A DNA stretch of 24,259 nucleotides, taken from the NCBI GenBank assembly GCA_030634605.1, contig DAOWAK010000001.1:1-24259 (forward strand), given 5' to 3'. This document shows, in pieces, positions 1 to 8,384 of the stretch; the stretch's first letter is position 1; the number at the start of each line of letters is the position of its first letter. Under the pieces are notes generated by a model. It was given only the letters and a program-made list of their open reading frames with translations. It did not search any database and was not told the DNA's origin. A program made the translations under genes and the position numbers. The stretch comes from Sedimentisphaerales bacterium (GTDB lineage: Bacteria; Planctomycetota; Phycisphaerae; Sedimentisphaerales; SM23-30).

Positions 1-105
1 CACAGCACTTCCTGTCGAAAATCACCGCTTACGAATGAGCTTCCAACCAACCGAACGGAGCTTTTTTGTTTTGTTCAACTCGCTCTGATGCTAAGATTGT
101 AACCG

Positions 106-1554
106 ATGATAGCGCGACTGAAAAATCGCTGGCAGGGACCGGGAGGATGCGCCGAGGTTCTGCGTGTGGCGTTTCCGCTGGTGCTCAGTACCAGCGCCCA
201 CACCATCCAGATGTTCGTGGATCGCATGTTCCTTACCTGGCACTCCAACGACACCATGTCCGCAGCTATGCCGGCGGGGATTCTTTCGTTTACCTTTGTC
301 AGTTTCTTCATGGGCACCGTCGGCTACGTCAACACTTTCGTCGCCCAATACACCGGCGCCCAAAGGCCAAGACAAGTTGGGGCCGCTATCTGGCAGGGAA
401 TTTTTCTCAGCATTGCCGGGGCTGCGCTGATGCTTTTTTTACTGCCCCTGGCCCCGACATTTTTCGACTGGATGGGACACGATGAATCGGTACGCGTCCA
501 CGAAGTGGTTTATTTCAAAATCATGTGTCTCAGTGCCGCACCGGTGCTGATTTCCACCACCATTTCCGGATTCTTCACCGGCCGCAGCAAAACCTGGACG
601 GTGCTCGTTGTCAATACCGTCGGCATCGTAATCAACATCGTCCTGGACTGGCTGCTGATTTTCGGCAATTGCTCCCTGCCCCAAATGGGTATCGCCGGGG
701 CCGGCTGGGCCACCGTAATCGGCAGCACCGTTTCAGCGGTTCTTTTTGTTGTGCTGTTCCTGAAAAAAGAACAACGTGTCAATTTCGACACCCTTTCCGG
801 CGCCCGCTTTAAACCCGACCTGTTCAAACGGCTGCTGCGCTATGGCGCGCCCAACGGCGTCCAGTTTATGCTCGATATCATGGCGTTTACCATGTTCATC
901 GCCCTGATCGGCCGGATCGACAAAACGTCTCTGATGGCCAGCAACATCGCGTTTCAAATCAACAGCCTGGGGTTCATGCCCATGATCGGATTTTCCATCG
1001 CGCTAACCGTTCTGGTCGGCCAGGCCCTGGGCAAAAACGACCCCAAATTGGCCCAACGCTCCACCTGGTCGGCATTCTATTTGACGTCCGTTTACATGAC
1101 CCTGATCGCCCTGGGCTTCTGGTTTGTGCCGGAATTGTTTCTGTATCCGTTTTCCGTCAAAGCCGATCCGCTGGAATTCAAAAAGATTGCCGACCTGTCC
1201 AAAACGCTCTTGTGTTTCGTGGCGTTTTACAGCTTGTTTGACACCGGCAACCTGGTTTTTTCCGGCGCTCTCAAAGGGGCCGGCGACACTCGCTTCGTAA
1301 TGATAATTTCCATGACGTTAAGCTGGATAATAATGGTGGTGCCCAGTTCACTGGCGATAATTTATCAATGGGGCTCACAAGGCGGCCTCTATGTCGCCTG
1401 GTTTTTCGCCGCCGCTTTCATCAGCTCTCTGGCGGTGGTGTTTTTCCTGCGTTTTCAGCAGGGCAAGTGGAAATCCATGCGTGTCATCGAAGCTGCCCCC
1501 GTGGTTCCACATGCCTTGCCTGAAATCCCCACCGCCGAAGTTGACTCACCCTGA
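106..1554 (+). CDS. MATE family efflux transporter
   Basis: 482-aa ORF with about 12 hydrophobic segments in two repeated halves. MATE motifs: 'LRVAFPLVL', 'MFVDRMFL', 'VAQYTGA', 'LLIFGNCSLPQMGIAGAGWAT', 'GALKGAGDT', 'FLRFQQGKWK'. Confidence 0.95.
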   Translation: MIARLKNRWQGPGGCAEVLRVAFPLVLSTSAHTIQMFVDRMFLTWHSNDTMSAAMPAGILSFTFVSFFMGTVGYVNTFVAQYTGAQRPRQVGAAIWQGIFLSIAGAALMLFLLPLAPTFFDWMGHDESVRVHEVVYFKIMCLSAAPVLISTTISGFFTGRSKTWTVLVVNTVGIVINIVLDWLLIFGNCSLPQMGIAGAGWATVIGSTVSAVLFVVLFLKKEQRVNFDTLSGARFKPDLFKRLLRYGAPNGVQFMLDIMAFTMFIALIGRIDKTSLMASNIAFQINSLGFMPMIGFSIALTVLVGQALGKNDPKLAQRSTWSAFYLTSVYMTLIALGFWFVPELFLYPFSVKADPLEFKKIADLSKTLLCFVAFYSLFDTGNLVFSGALKGAGDTRFVMIISMTLSWIIMVVPSSLAIIYQWGSQGGLYVAWFFAAAFISSLAVVFFLRFQQGKWKSMRVIEAAPVVPHALPEIPTAEVDSP

Positions 1555-1575
1555 TCCACCGAATCCCCAATCAAT

Positions 1576-4500
1576 TTACTGCTTCTTAGAATTGCTGTTG
1601 CTGCCGTTGAGCAGGTTAATCAGATTTTTCGTTTCGACTTTTTTCATAATCTGCTTCATCGCCCCTACCGCTGCGTTGCTGGTCTCGATGCCTACCATGG
1701 CCCGCTCCACCACGAAGCTGTGCGAATAAAAAATCGGCACCCGCAGAAACTCCCTGGGTTTGTCGAAAAGCTCCTCGGTTTTACCGCTGACCTGAGCGCC
1801 GACAATATAGTCCGCCTCCGAAACCCTGAGTTTTTCACCATTTTCATGTCGCTGCCACAACTTTTCCAGTTCCTGAGCCAGCTCGCGCAGCCGCCGGGCC
1901 TTTTCCTGGGGCAATTTCAAACGGCCCTGATCCAGCCTGGTTAACTGATCGCGACTGGCCTGCAAATCCTGACGCAATTTTTCCATAACCGCATCGTACT
2001 GCTCCTGCTGAGTAACCGGTTGCGACAGGCCGGTTATGTAAATGTCGTACCGCTGCCCGTCAAACAGCATGTGATTTTTCTTGCTGCCGTCGGGGTAACA
2101 GTCGTATTGATTGGTCATCTCCCGCCATTTATATTCCACCAGCCTAAGCCCCGGAAAAACCTTAATCAGCCAGTTCGGCCCGCCCGGTCCGTAAAGCGTG
2201 CCGTCCAGACATTTCGTCACGCCGCTGCCCTGCCAGTTCATTCCGCCGGCCAGAACATGCCTCAAAGCCACCCGCAAATCTTTTTTCTCGGAAATGGTTC
2301 CGGTAACTTCCAGCCCCGGAAATTCACTCTCGACCACCACCCGAAGCGATTCGTTGGCGGACATTTCCCGGGCCGCCTGATGATACTCAATCACCGGCTC
2401 GTCGGCATCCAGAACCGATTTAACTGTCAGTTCCACCACACCCCCGCCCAGCCCCGCCAAAATTTGCGCCTGAAAAACGCCCTCGGCCAGTTCGTAACCG
2501 CCCCTTAACTGCTGCAATTCCATAAACGCCCCCGTGGCTGGATCGGTGTAGCACAACTGACCGATATCACAACTGCCGGCCACGCTGCACTGCCGCAGCA
2601 GCGCTCTGGCCCGCTTTTGACGAACCTTATCTTTTTCGCCTGAATCCTGGATAGCTGTCTCATCAGCAGTTATCGCTTCTGCAATTACTTTTTCTACAGC
2701 TTCGACATCTCCTGATTCCACAGCAGCTGTCGCTTCCTCCGCAGCTACTACAAATTCATCAAAATCCACCGCTGTGCTTTCCAGGCCCAGCCATTCAGCG
2801 TATTTTTTCAGATCGTCCAGATTCAGATAATCCGACAGCACATCCACTCTGCCCTGGAAACCCAACTGCTCATCAGTTGCTTGTGTCGCCGTCTGATCCG
2901 AAGTTGCCGATCGGCTGACATCAGCCACCAGCGACAGATGATTTTTACCTAACCTCACCGTTGCTGCAGGAACGTAAAGCCTGCCGGGCGAAAATTCCAC
3001 GTGGCTCAACTCGAACTCAGCCGGCTCGCCTTCCATCATCCAGCTAACCGCTCCATCGACTCGACCAGGCTTCCAGAGAACCTTGGGCTTCTTCAACAAT
3101 TGCAAAACCAATCCGCCATCGGCCCGCAACCGACCAGCCAAATCCAAATCCGACAACTTATCAAACCACCGAACCGCCCCAGCTACATCCGGAATATCAA
3201 CCGTAACATCCAGATCCACCTCGCCGTAACCATCTTCCCGCTCCGCTTGAGCCGAAGCTGTTCGGTCCGTGAGGTCTGCCAGATTAACGCCCTTTAGCAA
3301 CACTCCAGCTTGCAAACTGCTCCTGCCCACCTGAAGCGTGAATGGTTTCAGTCGAATGGTTTTGCTCTTGTTGTCGCCCGCCAGAACACCTTCGATCCGC
3401 AGCAATTCGCCGGCCGACTTGTGCATTAATCGCTCGCTCAGATCACCTGAAACAGATTCGATAAAAAATTCCGCACCGCTCAGGTCCATCGCTGTCTTAA
3501 AATTGTACTTTTCACCGGCTTCATCCCAACTCAATTCACCCTGCAAACCTGCAGAACCTCGAATTCCACCCAACCGCAAATCATCATCCAGATTAAAGTA
3601 ACCATCACTCAAAATTCCGGGGGGAAATTCTTCGATTTCTCCCAGTTCCTTGGCAGCCAGACCCCGACGACAAGCAAATTCAGTTTCGCCCGGAAAGTTC
3701 AACCGACATTCAACCTTAGCCTGGTTCTGATTTAATCCGACAAATAACCGCCCGTCCATCGGACCATTGGCTGTCAAATTAATCGCCGGCAAATCATCAG
3801 CCTCTGTCTCGAGCAGCACATCTTCCAAAACCGCCATGTCCGCCACTTTAAAAATCGTCCCCAACTCAACCTGCTGAAAAATTTCCGACAGTCGCTCCGG
3901 CAGCTCAGAAAAATCTTCAAATTCCCATCCCCCAGCCAACTGCTCAATCGGCGCCTCGGGATTGAGCAACTGAGCTTTCAATTGGCTCACCCCCTGAACT
4001 CCTCCGCACTGCCAGCCCAAAGCATCCACCCGGAACAAACCTGCCGAACGGTCGAATTCGCTCGCCAACTTCACCGTCAGAATTTCTCCTGCCGATTTAT
4101 CCCAGTTTCCCCAGCTCATTTCCAATTCCGTAGCGTTTATTTCCAGCCCGATCTTACTTTGCCGCTGTTCGTCGGAAAAATCACTGGTAAAAATACCGGA
4201 AAATTCCATCTTGCCGTCCACAACTTCAATCCCCAGTTGTTCAACTTCCCGCCACAATCCCAATGCCTCAATTATCTCTGACGGCTCGATCACCCCTTCA
4301 GCAATCCGAACAACTGCGTTGCTGAGATCATCTTCGCCAATAACACAGTCACCCATCCCAGCTACGAAAACCCCGGGTCCGGCAAAAGAAAATTTTTCAA
4401 CTTTCGCGCGGTTGCCAACCAAATCAAATTTCACCCTGGCTGCGATTTTCAATTCATCCGCGTCGCACAAAACCCGCTCGCCATCGTCTTCGGTTGACCC

Positions 4501-5415
4501 GATCACTTTCAGCCCCGCCACCGCACCTTCATAATCCACCTCGATCAATCCGCTTTGCCGATCCGCCAGCAACTCCACCGCCAGCGAACAACTGCCCTCA
4601 ATCGATTTCAAACTTTCCAGCGCAGCAGTTAATTCGGTTTCCAGATTACTCGCTGAATCTGACGATGAATCATTCACCAGGCTTAACCAGTTTTCCAGTC
4701 CCAGTTGGGCCAACTGAATATTGCTCGCCGAAAATTCACACCGGTCCCGCCCGCTCTGTGGTAAATCAGCACTTTCCCCTTCCCCAGCTGCAATACTCCC
4801 CATCTTTCCTCTGCCGACAATTTCCGAATCCTCAACTCCCTGCTGACCGCCCCGTACCGACCAGGTCAACCCGGCTGCTCGATCCTCAATCAATTCGATT
4901 TCGTCAAACTCAAAAATCGCTATCGCCTACTGTTCGTGTAACTCTTGCTGATTTTCCTGCTCAATCGGTTCCCGCCCCGCCACAATATGAACCACCACCT
5001 GCCGCAACTTAACTTTCTCAGCGTCCAGCGGCGGCAAATCCTGTACATTCCACTTTCCCTGCGCCTGCACCACCCAGAATTCCGCCCCTTCGATAAGCAC
5101 TTCACTCACCTGGCCCCGAACCAGTTCGCCCGGAACAAAGGGAACCGTCACCCGCCCGATCGTCGCCAGGTTCCCCGAACCAAACTCATCTTTGCGAGAG
5201 ATCCTCAGATCGGCAATCTCCACCCCCCGGGCCCAACTGATTTTCACCTGCCCGATCGATACTTCTCGGTGAAAATCCGCCTCCAGCTGCTTTTTCACGC
5301 CATCTCTGATCGGGCCAACCGGCAGCAACCAAGGCAGTAACGCATAACCTGCCCCACCCAAAAGCAGCAGGGCAATTATTGAGAAACTTATTATTCTGTA
5401 TCTCTTGCGCGTCAT
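1576..5415 (-). pseudogene. AsmA-like large envelope protein (~1279 codons) interrupted by a single in-frame TAG at 4927-4929 (nonsense allele, read-through or sequence error)
   Basis: ORFs 4927..5415 and 1576..4893 share a frame (5415-4893=522). Translation runs ...ENQQELHEQ*AIAIFEFDEIELIEDRAAGLTW. The N-terminal TM anchor followed by 'IRDGVKKQLEADFHREVSIGQVKISW..GVEIADLRIS' is AsmA-type. The rest is rich in alternating beta-strand patterns. No good SD precedes the downstream TTG at 4893. Confidence 0.75.
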
Positions 5416-5549
5416 AAGTCATTGTATTCTAAGGACTATGCAATAATTACTCAATAACAATCCGAGCTATCCATCCACACAACTGCTCCAGTTTTAATCC
5501 CCGTCACACATTATTAAGCTTTTTTCGCTCAGTCGAGAAATATTTATTC

Positions 5550-5577
5550 TTGCATCCCTGCTCGGCAGTAGTATAAT
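5550..5577 (+). promoter_or_regulatory. Putative sigma70 promoter for the 5632 gene
   Basis: TTGCAT (5550-5555), 16-bp spacer, TATAAT (5572-5577), in the divergent intergenic region. Confidence 0.6.
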
Positions 5578-5631
5578 AATCAGTGCGATTGAGGGCATTA
5601 TAAAGGTTTTATTTACAAGGACTTAGGGGAA

Positions 5632-6117
5632 ATGAACATGCGAACCCACAATCCTGCACAAATAATGGCTTGGATGGTTACCGTTTTGGCAACCGTCACG
5701 GCGGTCATTTTGCTCGCTGATAAGGTTCCCGCCCAACAGCAAAATCAGGCGGCTCTCTCTCAGCAGACATCCGTTACCGCGTTTCCTTTCCAGGTCAGAC
5801 CCGGTTACGAAGCCATCGCCCTGATTGACCACAACGAGCAAACCATCTGCATCTATCAATACACCTTAAACAGCCCGGCCCACCAAAGGTTTTCTCTGCT
5901 GGCCGCCCGGAGCTTCGAATACGATACCAAACTCACAGATTACAACAATGCCGAACCCCGGCCCGAAGACATCAGACAATGGCTTCAGCGTTCTGTCCAG
6001 CCAGTACCCAATCGCGGCTTTTCGCCTATGCAGGAGAAACCCAAGCAGGATGTACCCAAGCCGGTTGTTCCCGAAACGGATAACAAACAACCCACTAACA
6101 ATAATGAAGGGCAATAG
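5632..6117 (+). CDS. Hypothetical exported or membrane-anchored protein
   Basis: 161-aa ORF with AGGGG upstream and a hydrophobic N-terminal segment (WMVTVLATVTAVILLA). A compact globular middle (ICIYQY...LLAARSFEYD...YNNAEPRPEDIRQW) is followed by a Pro/Gln/Asn-rich tail. The start could also be ATG 5638. Confidence 0.8.
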   Translation: MNMRTHNPAQIMAWMVTVLATVTAVILLADKVPAQQQNQAALSQQTSVTAFPFQVRPGYEAIALIDHNEQTICIYQYTLNSPAHQRFSLLAARSFEYDTKLTDYNNAEPRPEDIRQWLQRSVQPVPNRGFSPMQEKPKQDVPKPVVPETDNKQPTNNNEGQ

Positions 6118-6142
6118 TAATCCTGCTAAATTATAATCTTTA

Positions 6143-6240
6143 GGGTACCTCTAATAATTCCTGTAGGATGGGCTTTAGCCCATGCTGAGTCGTTGCAATC
6201 GACGTTTTGATAAGCAAAAAATCGATTTTTAGTGGTTCCC
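6143..6240 (-). mobile_element. Short (98-bp) MITE-like element, inverted relative to the 23476/24113 copies, containing a GTAG-type REP half-site
   Basis: Starts GGGTACCTCTAATAATT, the reverse complement of the right end at ~23638-23654. Ends TTTTTAGTGGTTCCC, the reverse complement of the left end GGGAACCTCTAAAAA with 1 mismatch. Flanked by TTTA on both sides (CTTTAG/CTTTAG if ends are drawn 1 nt inward). Interior GTAGGATGGGCTTTAGCCCATGC. Confidence 0.7.
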
Positions 6241-6341
6241 TTTAGCAAAACCTTGAAATCAGTATGTTTTGACGATTCGATCGAAAATAACTGGTTTTGT
6301 TAAAGTAGATAAGTTGTTCGGGGGCAAGGGAAATAAAAATT

Positions 6342-7325
6342 ATGGCAAAAATGTTCTATTCGATGGATGAAGTCCAGCAGCAGCTCAGTCGTTCTCGCAA
6401 AGACATCGAGCAAATGGTTAACGATGGACTGCTCCGCAAATTCCTCGATGGCAACAAAGAAATGTTTAAGGTCAGCGATGTTGACGCCCTGGCCGAGGCC
6501 GGCCTCTCCGGAACGGACATCGGCGGCGGCAGTGAAATCCGGCTTTCGCCCGAAGACAGCACCACCGGCGATACCCCTCTGACCCCGGCAGACACCGCCC
6601 AAGAGCTGGGATTAGCTCCCGATTCCGCTGATCAGATCGGCCTGGATGACACCGGCGCGGCAAAAGAGGCTTCCGATGACACCGTAATCACTACTCACGG
6701 CGTTAATGTTCTCGACGACACCGATGAGGACCTGGAACTGGTTGACCCGCTGGCCCAGACCCAAATAGCAGACCTGGATATTCTGGGCGATCACGTTTCG
6801 CTCGACAGCGGCTCCAGCGGCAGCGGCTTGCTGGATTTGTCCCGCGAAGCCGACGACACCAGCCTGGGAGCCGAACTGCTCGAAGAAATCTACCCCGGCA
6901 GCGATGAAGGTGCCGTGGAAACTCAGGTCCCCGGCGGATTTGAATTACCCAGCCAAACCGAAAGCATGACCGGCACCGTAGATAATATTCAACCCCAGGC
7001 CATGGCCAGCTACAAACCCGTAATACAGATCGACGATCCCACCAGCGGCGTTTTCGGTGCCATGATGCTCGTGCCTTTCATTCTGCTGGTCCTGCTGGCG
7101 TTCGTATCCGGAGCCGCAATTTCCGGCGTCCAACCCAAAATCGTTGACACCATCAGTTCCAAAATCTGGTTTATAGTCGGAGGCGCCGCAGCCCTGGCAA
7201 TTTCAATCGCCGTCATCGGCAATTCCATAGCCGGCAAAACCGCAGCACCCAAAGCCAAAGCCTCCTCCAGACCCAAAAAAGAAAAAAAGAAAAAATCTAA
7301 AAACAAAGTAGTCAAAGAAGAATAG
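6342..7325 (+). CDS. Helix-turn-helix (excisionase/MerR-like) domain membrane protein with acidic disordered linker, two TM helices and Lys-rich tail
   Basis: N-terminus 'FYSMDEVQQQLSRSRKDIEQMVNDGLLRKF...MFKVSDVDAL' fits HTH_17/MerR-like. About 180 aa of Asp/Glu/Ser/Gly-rich sequence follow, then two hydrophobic helices and the C-terminus KPKKEKKKKSKNK-like. Confidence 0.8.
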   Translation: MAKMFYSMDEVQQQLSRSRKDIEQMVNDGLLRKFLDGNKEMFKVSDVDALAEAGLSGTDIGGGSEIRLSPEDSTTGDTPLTPADTAQELGLAPDSADQIGLDDTGAAKEASDDTVITTHGVNVLDDTDEDLELVDPLAQTQIADLDILGDHVSLDSGSSGSGLLDLSREADDTSLGAELLEEIYPGSDEGAVETQVPGGFELPSQTESMTGTVDNIQPQAMASYKPVIQIDDPTSGVFGAMMLVPFILLVLLAFVSGAAISGVQPKIVDTISSKIWFIVGGAAALAISIAVIGNSIAGKTAAPKAKASSRPKKEKKKKSKNKVVKEE

Positions 7326-7400
7326 CATTATATACCGATCACAAATAAAAACACCATGTTGCTCAATTTGTAAATCTAAATCTGATAAACCTTTAGAACA

Positions 7401-7432
7401 GGCCCTGCCAGGCATTATGATACCCATTGGGT
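7401..7432. repeat. 32-bp repeat, copy 1 (identical to 23661-23692)
   Basis: GGCCCTGCCAGGCATTATGATACCCATTGGGT appears identically at both positions. Confidence 0.95.
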
Positions 7433-7480
7433 GTAACTAGCTAGATTGCCGGATGTGTTGTCCGCGAACGGAGACTTCTG

Positions 7481-8266
7481 ATGAAATTAACCAGCTTTTT
7501 CTGTGCCGTTCTCGCCGCCCTGATAATGATTGGCTCAAGTGGGTGCATTTATCAATCGAGATACGAAAGCTGCGTTCGGAGAAACCTGATACAGCTCGAG
7601 CGTATCCAGGAACTCGAAACCGCTCTGGAAGCTGACCGACTTGACGCCGATCAGTTCAGACAAAATTATGATTTGCTCAACCAGAAACAATCACTCTGGC
7701 AAAGGAAAATTGACGCCCTCACCGCATCACTGGCCGCCAAGCAGGCCCTGATCGACCAGCTTTACGAACAGCTAGGCCAGATCGCCCTGCCCCCGGAGTT
7801 GAGCTCCAAATTATCTGACTGGGCCCAACAGGTCGGAGCCGATCTGGTAACCTTCGACGAAAAAACCGGCATCGTCCGTTTCAAAAGCGACCTGCTCTTC
7901 GAAAAGGGTAGCGACACGGTCCAAACCAACATTGTCGGCCAACTGGAATCTCTCGCCGAAATCCTGATCTCTGATGTCGCTCAAAACTTCGACGTGCTGG
8001 TTGTCGGACACACCGACGACATCCCCATCAAAAAACCCGAAACCTTGGCCAAACATCCCTCAAACTGGCACCTGTCCGCTCACCGGGCCATTGCGGTACA
8101 AAAAATCATGGCTCAGGCCCAACTCGCCCCGGCCCGCACCGCGGTGATAGGAATGGGTAATTATCGCCCCATTGAGCCTAACGCCGCCGGCAACAAGGGC
8201 AATCCTAAAAACCGCCGCGTCGAAATTTACATCGTGCCCGCCGGCTCGATTCACGTTTCAGGTTAA
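7481..8266 (+). CDS. OmpA/MotB-family peptidoglycan-binding lipoprotein with N-terminal coiled coil
   Basis: Lipobox-like 'GSSGC' after a hydrophobic signal, then a heptad-rich region. OmpA_C motifs: 'FKSDLLFEKGS', 'VVGHTDDIPI', 'SNWHLSAHRAIAV', 'NRRVEIYI'. GGAG upstream. Confidence 0.92.
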   Translation: MKLTSFFCAVLAALIMIGSSGCIYQSRYESCVRRNLIQLERIQELETALEADRLDADQFRQNYDLLNQKQSLWQRKIDALTASLAAKQALIDQLYEQLGQIALPPELSSKLSDWAQQVGADLVTFDEKTGIVRFKSDLLFEKGSDTVQTNIVGQLESLAEILISDVAQNFDVLVVGHTDDIPIKKPETLAKHPSNWHLSAHRAIAVQKIMAQAQLAPARTAVIGMGNYRPIEPNAAGNKGNPKNRRVEIYIVPAGSIHVSG

Positions 8267-8305
8267 CCGAAAAATTACAACCTGCATTAGCAGGCATGAA
8301 TATTT

Positions 8306-8341
8306 AAAAAAGGCGAGCCAGTTAATGGCTCGCCTTTTTTT
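8306..8341. terminator. Bidirectional rho-independent terminator
   Basis: AAAAAAGGCGAGCCA-GTTAA-TGGCTCGCCTTTTTT, a perfect inverted repeat with A/T tails, between convergent genes. Confidence 0.92.
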
Positions 8342-8384
8342 GAAGGTTACCTAAGTCTGTTTTTCGCCGACCAAAAATCTCAAA

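Noticed and set aside
1-72. Possible 3' end of an upstream gene (QHFLSKITAYE*) and a weak hairpin with T-run
   Set aside because: Too short to support a CDS, and the hairpin AGCTTCC/GGAGCT is bulged with a long loop.
4494-5012. 172-aa plus-strand ORF and other short overlapping ORFs in 1391-5422
   Set aside because: Antisense or out-of-frame shadows of the AsmA-like gene, with no motifs or RBS.
7481-8266. Flagellar stator motB
   Set aside because: It has a lipoprotein signal rather than the MotB TM helix with its conserved Asp, and no motA or flagellar genes are adjacent.
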